DNA of 64,000 nt from an uncultured Chloroflexia bacterium. Lineage in GTDB: Bacteria > Chloroflexota > Limnocylindria > Limnocylindrales > CSP1-4. The translations under genes and the position numbers were made by a program. Below the pieces are notes generated by a model. The model did not search any database and was not told the origin of the DNA. It was given only the letters and a program-made list of their open reading frames with translations. Shown one piece after another: positions 42,458 through 54,124 of this stretch. Location: assembly GCA_963736895.1 (NCBI GenBank), contig CAVTQU010000010.1, forward strand, positions 131,111 to 195,110. The letters are read 5' to 3'. Numbering within the stretch: position 1 is the first letter of the stretch; each line of letters begins with the position of its first letter.

Positions 42458-43346
42458 CGGTGGCCGTGAAAGCGCCACTGGTCACAGGAAGGATGTCGCC
42501 GTCCACCTGGATTGGCTCGGCCGGTTCCGTCTTCACGGAGATGACTCTTCCTCGTTGACGCAGTGACGCGCCGCCGATGCCCGGTTCAGGGCGCAGCAAC
42601 AAATCGAGGGCCGAGCTGGCCGTCGTGCGTAATCCGCCCGGAAAGTTGCCGCTCCTGATCGCGACTACGTCTAACAAGCCGTCCGTTGGATCGAGCGGCG
42701 ACCGCGGTCCAATGAGGCCGGGCACGAGCTGACCGCTGTTTGCCACCAGCACGGCGACGGTTTGCAGATGGAAAGTCCGCCCGTCAACGACGATTTCAGT
42801 GTCCGAGCTGGGCAGCGATGCAAGCATCAGCAGCGCCGTGGAGAAATAGGCCAGCACGCCGAATCGGGCCTTCAAGTTGGGGCTCGTCGCCGACATGACG
42901 CGGGCGTCGAGACCGGCTCCCGCGGCAACGGCGAACGTCTCACGCGCGGCGTCGGCCACCAGGACGCCGGTGTCGATGGTCAGTGGCTCCGCTTTGGCCA
43001 GTCGCTCAGCGGCCGCGAACGGATCGCGCGGAATCCCCAGGGTGGCGGCCAGCAGGTTGCCCGTCCCCAGGGGGATGATTGCCAGCGGCAACGACGTTCT
43101 CGCAAGGCTGTGCACGGCCAGGCGGACGGTGCCGTCACCGCCGGCGACCACCGCGAGGTCATAGCCGGCCACCGGCGCGGCTTTCAGAAGGGCCGCTGCC
43201 TCCTCGGCGCTGTCCGCCGAGCCGACGTCCACGGTGAGGCCACGCTTCTTCAGCGCATCCTCGATGGCGGCGACGAGGCGATCACGTTTGGCGCCGTGGC
43301 CGCCACCACGTGCCGCTGGCGATAGGTAGACGAGTGCTCGGCCCAT
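42426..43346 (-). CDS. diacylglycerol kinase catalytic-domain lipid kinase (YegS/BmrU/LCB5 family)
   Basis: ATG 43346 within ORF 42426..43487. AVVAGGDGTVRLAV, LPLAIIPLGTGNLLA, and a C-terminal beta-sandwich region. Confidence 0.82.
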   Translation of the reverse strand: MGRALVYLSPAARGGGHGAKRDRLVAAIEDALKKRGLTVDVGSADSAEEAAALLKAAPVAGYDLAVVAGGDGTVRLAVHSLARTSLPLAIIPLGTGNLLAATLGIPRDPFAAAERLAKAEPLTIDTGVLVADAARETFAVAAGAGLDARVMSATSPNLKARFGVLAYFSTALLMLASLPSSDTEIVVDGRTFHLQTVAVLVANSGQLVPGLIGPRSPLDPTDGLLDVVAIRSGNFPGGLRTTASSALDLLLRPEPGIGGASLRQRGRVISVKTEPAEPIQVDGDILPVTSGAFTATVKPGSLTVLV

Positions 43347-43406
43347 GGACGGGACAGTCGCGGCGCGGCTGTCGCGCGTCAAGGCCGCACGCCCGCGATC
43401 ATCTGG

Positions 43407-44742
43407 GTGATGCGCATCGCGTCGCGGCAGTACTCGCGTTGCTTCATGATCGTCGGCCCAGGCTCGCCCGCGCGTGCTGCCGATCAAGCGAACAACGACG
43501 TGAACAGCCTCGGTCTCACTGCGCGTTTACGACGTCGATGCCAACTTCGGCTGGGACGATCGCCGCGTCTCGGTGGATACGACCGCGACGCGTTGCGAAT
43601 GCAACGCGCTGGACGGTCGACACCGTCGCCTTCAACCTCGCGCCATTGCGTACCGGCCACGCGGACGTGACGGACGTCTCGGTGGATGGAGTCACGGTCG
43701 AGCCGGTCATCGACGACCAGACCATCCTGGTGCCACTAGCTACGCCACTCAGCCCAGGTTCGAGCACGGTCATTGGCATCGACTACACGGCCCGCCTCAA
43801 CGCGAGCTCGTCGGTCGATGGTGACGACTGGGAGTTCGCGCGAATCGGCGACGTTCTCACTGCGTATCGCTGGATCCCCTGGCTGACGCGCACGACGCCG
43901 TTCAACCGGCCGAACGTCGGCGACCCATTCGTGACTGCGTCCTCGCCGAGCGTCAGCGTGACGATCACGACCGATCGTGACGTCACGTTCGCGACCAGTG
44001 GGCAGCCGGACGTCTCCGAGCGGCCTGACGCAGAACGTTCTCCGCCAGCGACGTGCGTGACTTCAACCTTGCCGCGAGCCCGTCGTACCGGACGGCAAGC
44101 ACGAACGTGGCCGGCACCGAGGTCACGTTCTTCTACAAAGGCCTGCCACCCACCACCGTGCTCGACACCGCGGCCCGTGCGATCCGCTCGTACTCCTCGA
44201 AGATCGGGTCCTACCCGCACGAATCGCTGACCATCGCCGAGATCGGGCCATGGTCGCCGTTCGAATCGCCCGGCCATTTCTGGCTGCCATCCAACGCCTC
44301 GTCGCGACTATTGCCGTGGATGGTGGCCCACGAGGTCGCGCATCAGTGGTTCTACTCGGCCGTGGGCAACGACCAGGCTCGCGAGCCCTTCGCCGACGAG
44401 GCAGTCGCAGATTTCATCTCGCGGGACCTGATCTCGCGTTTCGTGCCCTCGCAGTGCCCGACCGGCCGCCTGGACCACTCGATCTACGACATCGGCGACT
44501 GCTACGCGTGGGTGGTCTACGTCCAGGGCGATGCCTGGTTACGGGCGCTGCGGGACCGAATCGGGAGTGGGCGTTTCTATGGAGCCCTGGCCGAGTACTA
44601 CCGCACACACCGCAACGGGATGGGCGGCATCCACGACCTGCTGACGAGCCTGGTTGCGGCCGGCGGTCGAGCGGCGGTCGACTACGAGCGCTTTCCGTAC
44701 ACCTACCCGGCGCGGGTCGTCTCGATGCCCTTCGGGCCGTTC

Positions 44743-44751
<9 letters not shown>
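43407..44751 (+). CDS. M1-family (gluzincin) metallopeptidase, at least 3 frame disruptions; start uncertain
   Basis: Zinc site MVAHEVAHQWFYSAVGNDQAREPFADEAVADF (HExxH + E). Upstream pieces read YDVDANFGWDDRRVSVDTTAT / NATRWTVDTVAFNLAPLRTGHADVTDVSVDG...TSGQPDVSERPD / (G)RTFSASDVRDFNLAASPSY, with breaks near 43520, 43590 and 44030. Confidence 0.7.
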
Positions 44752-47418
<2,667 letters not shown>

Positions 47419-47539
47419 CGGGCGTCAGGCCTCCTCGCCCCCGCAAACACTGGCGGGGCTGAGCGGCACCTGACGGGAGTGCCCGCCGCGGGTCGCGTTA
47501 AATCGACCAGCGAAGTATACGCCGCCCCGACCAGCCTCC

Positions 47540-48553
47540 ATGGTCCGAGCCGAGTCTCCACAATGGGCCGATGCACGACCTGCAGGGCGCGCCGGGCCGG
47601 AGCCCGAGCAACACGACGCGACGACGGACGCCCGACATGACCACCCACACGAGCATGGCCACTCCGACGACGGCCGTCCGCGCCTGGCGTTCGTAGGCGC
47701 GGGTCGGGTAGGCAGCGTTCTTGGCACGGCGTTTGCGCGCGCAGGCTGGCACGTCGCGGCCGTGGCCTCGAGGGACGAATCGAAGCGCAGTCGATTTGCC
47801 GGCCTCGTCCCCGGCGCGCGCGCCTTCGCGGAACCGCAGGCAGTGCTCGACGACGCGGACCTCATCTTCCTGACCGTTCCCGACGATGCCGTGCGAGCGG
47901 TCGCGGCCGAGCTCCACCTCTACAGCGGCCAGGCACTCGTCCACACCAGTGGGGCACTGCCGGCGTCCGTTCTGGCGCCGGCCATGGCCGCGGGCACCAA
48001 CGCGGGCAGCTTCCATCCGCTGGTTGCATTTGCCGACCACGACCAGGCACTCGCCGATCTGACGGGGGCGACCATTGCTGTCGAGGGGGACGAGGCCCTC
48101 CTGCCCATCCTCGCAGAGCTCGCCGAGTCAATTGGGGCGCACCCGGTGACTCTCCCGGAAGGCGGCAAGACCGCCTATCACGCCGCGGCCATGATGGCGG
48201 CCGGTGGCCTTGTCGGTCTCCTCGATGCCATCGCGTCGGTGGGCAAGCTGGCCGGGCTCGACGAGCGAACCGCGATCGCCGTCTACGCGCCCCTGGCGCG
48301 GCAGGCGCTGGCCAACGCCGAGCGGCTGGGCATCGACGGCGCACTGACGGGCCCGCTGCTGCGCGGCGACGTGGGCACCGTACGTACCCACCTGCTGGTT
48401 CTCGAGGAACAGGCGCCGGATGCCGTGCCGTTGTACGTCGAGGTTGCGCGTCGTGAGCTGGCCATCGCCCGTCGTCGCGAAGAGCTCGGTGACGAGCAGG
48501 CGGCACAGATCGCCGCGCTCCTGGACGGCGCGTCGTCCCAGCCGACCGAGTAG
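47540..48553 (+). CDS. Rossmann-fold NAD(P)-binding protein with DUF2520-like C-terminal domain (ProC/ketopantoate-reductase-like); start uncertain
   Basis: RLAFVGAGRVGSVLGTAFARAGWHV, LIFLTVPDDAV, HTSGA, and a helical C-terminal domain. The first ~45 codons (His/Asp-rich HDHPHEHGHSDD) may be a spurious 5' extension. An out-of-frame ATG at 47636 is an alternative if one indel is assumed. Confidence 0.65.
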   Translation: MVRAESPQWADARPAGRAGPEPEQHDATTDARHDHPHEHGHSDDGRPRLAFVGAGRVGSVLGTAFARAGWHVAAVASRDESKRSRFAGLVPGARAFAEPQAVLDDADLIFLTVPDDAVRAVAAELHLYSGQALVHTSGALPASVLAPAMAAGTNAGSFHPLVAFADHDQALADLTGATIAVEGDEALLPILAELAESIGAHPVTLPEGGKTAYHAAAMMAAGGLVGLLDAIASVGKLAGLDERTAIAVYAPLARQALANAERLGIDGALTGPLLRGDVGTVRTHLLVLEEQAPDAVPLYVEVARRELAIARRREELGDEQAAQIAALLDGASSQPTE

Positions 48554-48903
48554 CCCGATCATCCCCGTTGCGGCAGCCCCGCGAGCCGCTACCATTCGAT
48601 GAAGATGCGCAACAGTCAGGCCGTCATCCGGGGCGACCGCCCGACCACCCGTTTCGCCGCGCCGATCGGACAGCCGCGCGCGCGACACCTTGGTCTGCGC
48701 CACACGACGCCCACCCGCCTGGCACAGGCCCCCGCCGACACGCTTGCCGCGACCCCCATGGTCGCCATCCGGTCTGCCGCGCGCGGCCATCTCGGAATGG
48801 CGCGGGCGATCTCGAAGCAGCCTTTCCACCGAACCAATTCGATGACCTGGTCATCCGCTCCGTACACCCTTCCGCACCGGGCACGCCCGCGCAGCGCTGC
48901 TCC

Positions 48904-49386
48904 GTGGCGCGGCTGACCAAGCAGGGGCGTCAGGACCGCAGCCGCCGGGGGGCTCGCACCGCCCGAGCAACGTCATGTGGCGGAGTCGTCCTCCGCGAGA
49001 CCGAGTCCGGACCGGAGATCTGCCTTGGCCGGCGCCGCCGCGTGCGGGACGGCTCCAGCTGGACTCTTCCGAAAGGGACGCCTTCTGACGCTGAGACAGT
49101 CGAGGAGACTGCCCTGCGCGAGGTCCAGGAGGAAACCGGGCTCGAGGTGAAGATCTCGGCTCCTGTTGGCGCAATCGAGTACTTCTTCACGCAGCAGGGG
49201 ACGCGCATCCACAAGACCGTCCATTTCTTCCTCATGGAAGCGACGGGCGGCGGCCTGGACAAGCATGATCACGAGTTCGACGAGGTGCGCTGGGTGCCAA
49301 TAGAAGAAGCCCGGGAGCTGCTCAGCTACCCAACAGAGCGACAAGTCGTGGAGACCGCCCTATCGGTAGCTGGCGTCGAAGCATGA
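48904..49386 (+). CDS. NUDIX hydrolase; start uncertain
   Basis: Nudix box GTPSDAETVEETALREVQEETGL, preceded by SCGGVVLRE...WTLPKG. The ORF is open from 48568, but upstream residues look non-genic. GTG 48904 is the nearest in-frame start. ATGA overlap with gcvT. Confidence 0.75.
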   Translation: MARLTKQGRQDRSRRGARTARATSCGGVVLRETESGPEICLGRRRRVRDGSSWTLPKGTPSDAETVEETALREVQEETGLEVKISAPVGAIEYFFTQQGTRIHKTVHFFLMEATGGGLDKHDHEFDEVRWVPIEEARELLSYPTERQVVETALSVAGVEA

Positions 49387-50528
49387 CAACCAATTCGACG
49401 ACCGCGGGGGCGCAGGCCGACGGAAGCGAGCTGCTCCGAACGGCGCTGGTAGAGCGGCACCGCGCGCTGGGTGGGCGACTGATCGACTTCGCCGGCTGGG
49501 AGATGCCCGTCCAGTACTCGAGCATCCTCGACGAGCACCGCGCGGTACGAGAGCGCGTCGGGCTGTTCGACCTTTCGCACATGGGCGAGGTGTGGGTCAG
49601 CGGTCCCGGTGCCGCCACTGGGCTTGGTGCCGCGTTGGTTAGCGACCCATCGCGTCTAGCGGAGGGCCGTGCCCACTACAGCATGATCTGCGCCGACGAC
49701 GGCGGGATCATCGACGACCTCATCGTCTACCGCGTCGCCGACGAGCGCTTCATGGTCGTACCCAACGCTTCGAACCGCGTGGCCGTGGTGGATGCACTTG
49801 CTGAGCGTCTGAAGGGCCACGATGCGGCGATGGATGACGCTTCCCTGCGGACGAGCCTTGTAGCAGTGCAGGGCCCGCGCGCCGCTGAGTTGCTGGCACC
49901 GCTGACCGACGTCGAGCTGGCATCGCTCAAGTACTACGCGATCGCCGAGGGGCATGCTGTCGGCGAGCCCGCGTTCATCGCGCGGACCGGCTACACCGGG
50001 GAAGACGGTTTCGAGCTGTTCGTGGAGTGGGACGCCGCGCTGCCGATATGGGATCGTCTCCTGTCGGAAGGGGAGCGCCTGGGAATCATGGCCTGCGGGC
50101 TCGGTTCGCGAGACACGCTCCGGCTGGAAGCCGGCATGCCGCTGTACGGGAATGAGCTCGATCGAGACACCACTCCCTTCGATGCCGGTCTCGGCCGCGT
50201 GGTCAAGTTCGACAAGGCCGGTGACTTCGTGGGCCGCGCGGCTCTCGAGCGAGTCGCCGAGGCCGGCCCACGCAAGCAGCTCGTGGGCATGATCGTGAAG
50301 GGCCGCGGTATCGCGCGCCACGGCTACCCGCTACACATGCCCGGCGACGAGGCCGACGCCGGTGTTGTCACCAGTGGCGCGCCATCACCGACGCTGGGTA
50401 CGCCGATCGCCATGGGCTACCTGCCGCCGGCTGACACCGAGGTCGGTACCATGGTGGAAGTCGCGATTCGCGGCTCCCGTGTCGACGCGGAGATCGTCCC
50501 GCTACCCTTCTACAAGCGCGCCGCGTAG
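49383..50528 (+). CDS. gcvT: glycine cleavage system aminomethyltransferase (T protein)
   Basis: Intact 381 aa. FAGWEMPVQYSSILDEHRAVRERVGLFDLSHMG, ARTGYTGEDGFE, and RDTLRLEAGMPLYGNEL. Confidence 0.95.
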   Translation: MTTNSTTAGAQADGSELLRTALVERHRALGGRLIDFAGWEMPVQYSSILDEHRAVRERVGLFDLSHMGEVWVSGPGAATGLGAALVSDPSRLAEGRAHYSMICADDGGIIDDLIVYRVADERFMVVPNASNRVAVVDALAERLKGHDAAMDDASLRTSLVAVQGPRAAELLAPLTDVELASLKYYAIAEGHAVGEPAFIARTGYTGEDGFELFVEWDAALPIWDRLLSEGERLGIMACGLGSRDTLRLEAGMPLYGNELDRDTTPFDAGLGRVVKFDKAGDFVGRAALERVAEAGPRKQLVGMIVKGRGIARHGYPLHMPGDEADAGVVTSGAPSPTLGTPIAMGYLPPADTEVGTMVEVAIRGSRVDAEIVPLPFYKRAA

Positions 50529-50555
50529 TCGCAAGCGGCCAGAGGAGAACGCAGC

Positions 50556-50951
50556 GTGCAGGTGCCCGAGGACCTTCGCTACACGCCCGATCACGAGTGG
50601 CTCCGCATCGAGGGCGATGAGGCGGTCGTGGGCATCACTGAGTACGCCGCGTCCGAATTGGGCGACGTCGTCTTCGTGGAGCTTCCGGCGGCCGGGATGG
50701 CGCTCGAGTCGGCGCAATCGTTCGGCGTGATCGAGTCGGTCAAGACGGCGTCCGACCTGTACAGCCCCGCTGCTGGCGAGGTGCTCGAGGTCAACTCGCA
50801 GCTGGCCAACAAGCCGGAGCTGGTCAACGACGATCCGTACGGTGAGGGCTGGATGATCAAGCTGCGGCTCTCGGACCCCGCCGCGGCCACGGCGCCCAGC
50901 GAGAGGCTGTTGGATGCCGCCGCGTATCGCTCGCTGACCGAGGCCGGCTGA
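50556..50951 (+). CDS. gcvH: glycine cleavage system H protein
   Basis: 131 aa. YTPDHEWLR, and the lipoyl-lysine motif VIESVKTASDLYSP. Confidence 0.93.
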   Translation: MQVPEDLRYTPDHEWLRIEGDEAVVGITEYAASELGDVVFVELPAAGMALESAQSFGVIESVKTASDLYSPAAGEVLEVNSQLANKPELVNDDPYGEGWMIKLRLSDPAAATAPSERLLDAAAYRSLTEAG

Positions 50952-50984
50952 GCCGTCGCCCGGATCCAAGGATCGACTGATCGC

Positions 50985-52334
50985 GTGACCTACGGCCCGC
51001 ACACCGCCGCTGACCGCCAGCAGATGCTGGGCGCGCTGGGCATCGATTCGATCGACGCGCTCTTCTCCGACATTCCGGCCGGAGTTCGCGCCGACGGCCT
51101 GGACCTGCCGGCGCCGCTCGACGAGCTGACCCTGGCCCGCCGGATGGAGGTGCTCGCCTCGCGCAACCGCGTGGGCCTTGCCAGCTTCCTGGGCGCGGGC
51201 GCGTACCGCCACCACATCCCACCGACGGTTGACCAGATCCTCAGCCGCGGCGAGTTCTACACGTCCTACACGCCGTACCAGCCGGAGATCAGCCAGGGCA
51301 CGCTGCAAACCATCTACGAGTACCAGTCGCTCATCTCGCAGCTGACCGGACTCGACGTCGTCTCCGCGTCGCACTACGACGGCGGTGCCGCGACCGCCGA
51401 GGCCGCGCTGATGACCGTCCGCCAGACGAAGCGCGAACGTGTGCTGGTCAGCCGCGCCATCCATCGCCATTTCCTCGACACCACTGCCACCTATTTCGAA
51501 GGCGGCGGGCTCAGCCTCGAGGAGCTGCCCACCCTTGAAGATGGAACGACCGACCTCGCGGCCCTCGAGCGCGAGCTTGGGGACAGTGAGCGACCCGTCG
51601 CCGGTGTGCTCATCGGCCAGCCCAACGCCTTCGGGATCCTCGAACCGATGGCCGAGGCGTCGCGCCTTACCCACGCGGCAGGCGCCCTGTTCGTGGCTGT
51701 GGTCGAGCCGGTCTCGCTGGCGGTTCTTGCCCCGCCGTCCGAATACGACGCCGACATTGCGGTCGGTGAAGGGCAGCCGTTGGGCATCAGCCTCCAGTAC
51801 GGCGGCCCGTACCTGGGCCTGCTGGCGGCGAAATCGGACCTTGTCCGCCAGATCCCCGGCCGGCTGGTCGGTCGAACGACGGATCTCGACGGCCGTCGCG
51901 CGTACGTCATGACGCTGCGTGCCCGTGAGCAGGACATTCGGCGCGACAAGGCCGCGAGCAACATCTGCACCAACCAGGCGCTGTGCGCGCTGGCCGCGAC
52001 GGTCTACGTGGCGACTCTTGGTCCACATGGGCTGCACGACGTGGCCGCATTGGGCGCAGCGCGCGCCGCGGAGCTCGAGACGGCCCTGGCCAACAGCGGG
52101 GCACCACGCGTCCACAGCGGTGACTATTTGAATGAGTTCGCGGTGCAGGTCCCAGACGCGCCACAGGTCCACGCCGCGCTCCTGGAACGGGACATCCTGG
52201 CCGGTCTCCCGCTGGCCGACTGGTACCCCGACGACCCGACGCTACGCGACGCGCTGCTGGTCTGCGCGACCGAGATGACGACCAGCGAGGACATCGAGCG
52301 TTTTGCATCGGCACTGCGCGAGGTGGTGGCGTGA
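50985..52334 (+). CDS. gcvPA: glycine dehydrogenase (decarboxylating) subunit 1
   Basis: Intact 449 aa. FLGAGAYRHHIP...TSYTPYQPEISQGTLQ...NICTNQAL. GTGA overlap with subunit 2. Confidence 0.95.
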   Translation: MTYGPHTAADRQQMLGALGIDSIDALFSDIPAGVRADGLDLPAPLDELTLARRMEVLASRNRVGLASFLGAGAYRHHIPPTVDQILSRGEFYTSYTPYQPEISQGTLQTIYEYQSLISQLTGLDVVSASHYDGGAATAEAALMTVRQTKRERVLVSRAIHRHFLDTTATYFEGGGLSLEELPTLEDGTTDLAALERELGDSERPVAGVLIGQPNAFGILEPMAEASRLTHAAGALFVAVVEPVSLAVLAPPSEYDADIAVGEGQPLGISLQYGGPYLGLLAAKSDLVRQIPGRLVGRTTDLDGRRAYVMTLRAREQDIRRDKAASNICTNQALCALAATVYVATLGPHGLHDVAALGAARAAELETALANSGAPRVHSGDYLNEFAVQVPDAPQVHAALLERDILAGLPLADWYPDDPTLRDALLVCATEMTTSEDIERFASALREVVA

Positions 52335-53914
52335 CCACGCTCGACGAGCAGCTCGCGCCGGCCGGCGACACGCCCGCCGACGACCTGCGCTCGGAGCTGG
52401 GGCCGCGGTTGGCCGTTGGTCCGTCGCTGCAACCCACGCTGGCCGAGCTTTCCCGTCCCGGCCGAGGCAGCACCAAGGTGCCGCATCCGCCGGCCGACGC
52501 GCTCGATCGCCTTCCCGCTGCTGCGCGACGCTCCGAGCCGCTCGGTCTGCCCGAGCTCAATGAGCCCGAGGTGATCCGGCATTTCGTGAACCTGTCGCAG
52601 CTCAACTTCGCTGTCGACACGGGCTTCTACCCGCTCGGCTCGTGCACCATGAAGTTCAATCCCAAGATCAACGAGTGGGCGGCGCGCCTGTCCGGGTTTG
52701 CCGCGCTGCACCCACTGGCGCCCGATGCTGTCGCCCAGGGCACCCTCGAGCTCATGTGGGAGCTGGAGCAGTGGCTGGTCGAGATCAGCGGGATGCGCGC
52801 GGCCACGCTCCAGCCGGCGGCCGGGGCGCACGGTGAGCTGACGGGCATCCTGATGATCCGTGCCTACCACCTGTCGCGCGGCGACACCGAGCGCGTCGAG
52901 GTCATCGTTCCCGACTCGTCGCACGGAACCAACCCCGCGACCGCATCAATGGCCGGCTTCAAGACTGTGACGGTCAAGTCCGACGCGCGGGGCCACATCG
53001 ATCTGCAGGCGCTGCGCGCGGCCGTGGGGCCGCGCACCGCGGCACTCATGCTGACCAACCCATCGACGCTCGGCCTATTCGAGACCCAGATCCAGGAGGT
53101 CCTCGACGCCGTCCACGGAGCCGGTGCGCTTGCCTACATGGACGGCGCAAACATGAACGCGATCCTGGGCAAGTTCAAGCCTGGCCAGGCCGGCTTCGAT
53201 GTCATGCACTTCAACACGCACAAGACGTTCTCCACGCCGCACGGCGGTGGCGGCCCGGGCGCCGGGCCGGTCGCGGTCAACGACAAGCTCGTCCCGTTCC
53301 TGCCCTGGCCGCGCGTCCTGCAGGAAGGGGAGGGCGAGAGCGCCCAATTCAGGCTGGAGCGGATGGGGGAGCGGCCGTCGTCGATCGGGCGTGTGCGGTC
53401 CTACCAGGGCAGCGTCGGTGTCCTCGTTCGTGCCTACGCGTACCTGTTGGCGCACGGCGGCAGCGGCCTCGAACAGGTCAGCGAGGACGCAGTCCTGGCC
53501 GCGAACTACCTGAAGCACCGCGTGTCCGGCGCGTACGAGATGCCGTTCGACGAGGTGTGCAAGCACGAGTTCGTCGCGTCGGCGCAGCCGCTACGCGCCG
53601 AGACAGGTGTCCGCATGCTGGACATCGCCAAGCGTCTCATCGACTACGGATATCACCCGCCCACGATCTATTTCCCGTTGACCGTGGAGGAGGGCATGCT
53701 GGTCGAGCCGACGGAGACCGAATCGCTCGAGACGCTCGACGCGTTCGCCGACGTGCTGATCACGATCGCGGAGGAGGCTCGCCGCGATCCCGAGATCGTG
53801 AAGTCCGCTCCTCACGCATCGCCCGTGCGGCGCCTGGACGAGGCCACGGCCGCCCGTCACCCCGATCTGCACTGGCGGCCGATGACCGGCGCGGAGCCCG
53901 TCTGTCCTCAATAG
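52331..53914 (+). CDS. gcvPB: glycine dehydrogenase (decarboxylating) subunit 2
   Basis: Intact 527 aa. YPLGSCTMKFNP, the PLP-lysine region HFNTHKTFSTPHGGGGPG, and YHPPTIYFP. Confidence 0.95.
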   Translation: MTTLDEQLAPAGDTPADDLRSELGPRLAVGPSLQPTLAELSRPGRGSTKVPHPPADALDRLPAAARRSEPLGLPELNEPEVIRHFVNLSQLNFAVDTGFYPLGSCTMKFNPKINEWAARLSGFAALHPLAPDAVAQGTLELMWELEQWLVEISGMRAATLQPAAGAHGELTGILMIRAYHLSRGDTERVEVIVPDSSHGTNPATASMAGFKTVTVKSDARGHIDLQALRAAVGPRTAALMLTNPSTLGLFETQIQEVLDAVHGAGALAYMDGANMNAILGKFKPGQAGFDVMHFNTHKTFSTPHGGGGPGAGPVAVNDKLVPFLPWPRVLQEGEGESAQFRLERMGERPSSIGRVRSYQGSVGVLVRAYAYLLAHGGSGLEQVSEDAVLAANYLKHRVSGAYEMPFDEVCKHEFVASAQPLRAETGVRMLDIAKRLIDYGYHPPTIYFPLTVEEGMLVEPTETESLETLDAFADVLITIAEEARRDPEIVKSAPHASPVRRLDEATAARHPDLHWRPMTGAEPVCPQ

Positions 53915-53969
53915 GCACTCGAAGCCGCGCTGGACTCGCCCTCGCTTCCTTAAGAAGCCGCAACTCTGG

Positions 53970-54000
53970 TTGACACTGGCTTTCGGGCCGCACCTATAAT
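53970..54000 (+). promoter_or_regulatory. candidate promoter of ABC transporter operon 1
   Basis: Perfect consensus hexamers TTGACA (53970-53975) and TATAAT (53995-54000) with a long 19-nt spacer. They lie about 125 nt upstream of ATG 54125, which has GAGGAGGAA upstream. Confidence 0.4.
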
Positions 54001-54124
54001 CGCCGCGCCCCAAGGCGTGGGAGACGATCGCGCACGCTCGCGCGACGCGGCGCCAAACGGGTAAAGAGCGATCTAAGGGCGCCGCTATGGCGGCCCAGAT
54101 ACGCACAGAGGAGGAACGACGCCG

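Noticed and set aside
41477-43500. A genomic island or prophage integrated at tRNA-Val.
   Set aside because: There is no integrase, recombinase or phage gene downstream, and I saw no direct repeat of the tRNA 3' end. The downstream genes (ArsR/SRPBCC, lipid kinase, peptidase) look native in composition.
47540-47680. The His/Asp-rich N-terminal extension (HDHPHEHGHSDD) of the Rossmann/DUF2520 protein as a metal-binding tail.
   Set aside because: Family members normally begin a few residues before the GxGxxG motif. The extension is probably an artefact of the first available in-frame ATG, or of one indel relative to ATG 47636. There is no independent support.
48554-49382. A glycine riboswitch upstream of the glycine-cleavage genes.
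   Set aside because: gcvT overlaps the NUDIX gene (ATGA), so there is no leader there. The region upstream of NUDIX has only a CACCGAA fragment. It lacks the paired GGAGAG...ACCGAAGGGGCAA...CTCAGGC...GGAC aptamer cores.
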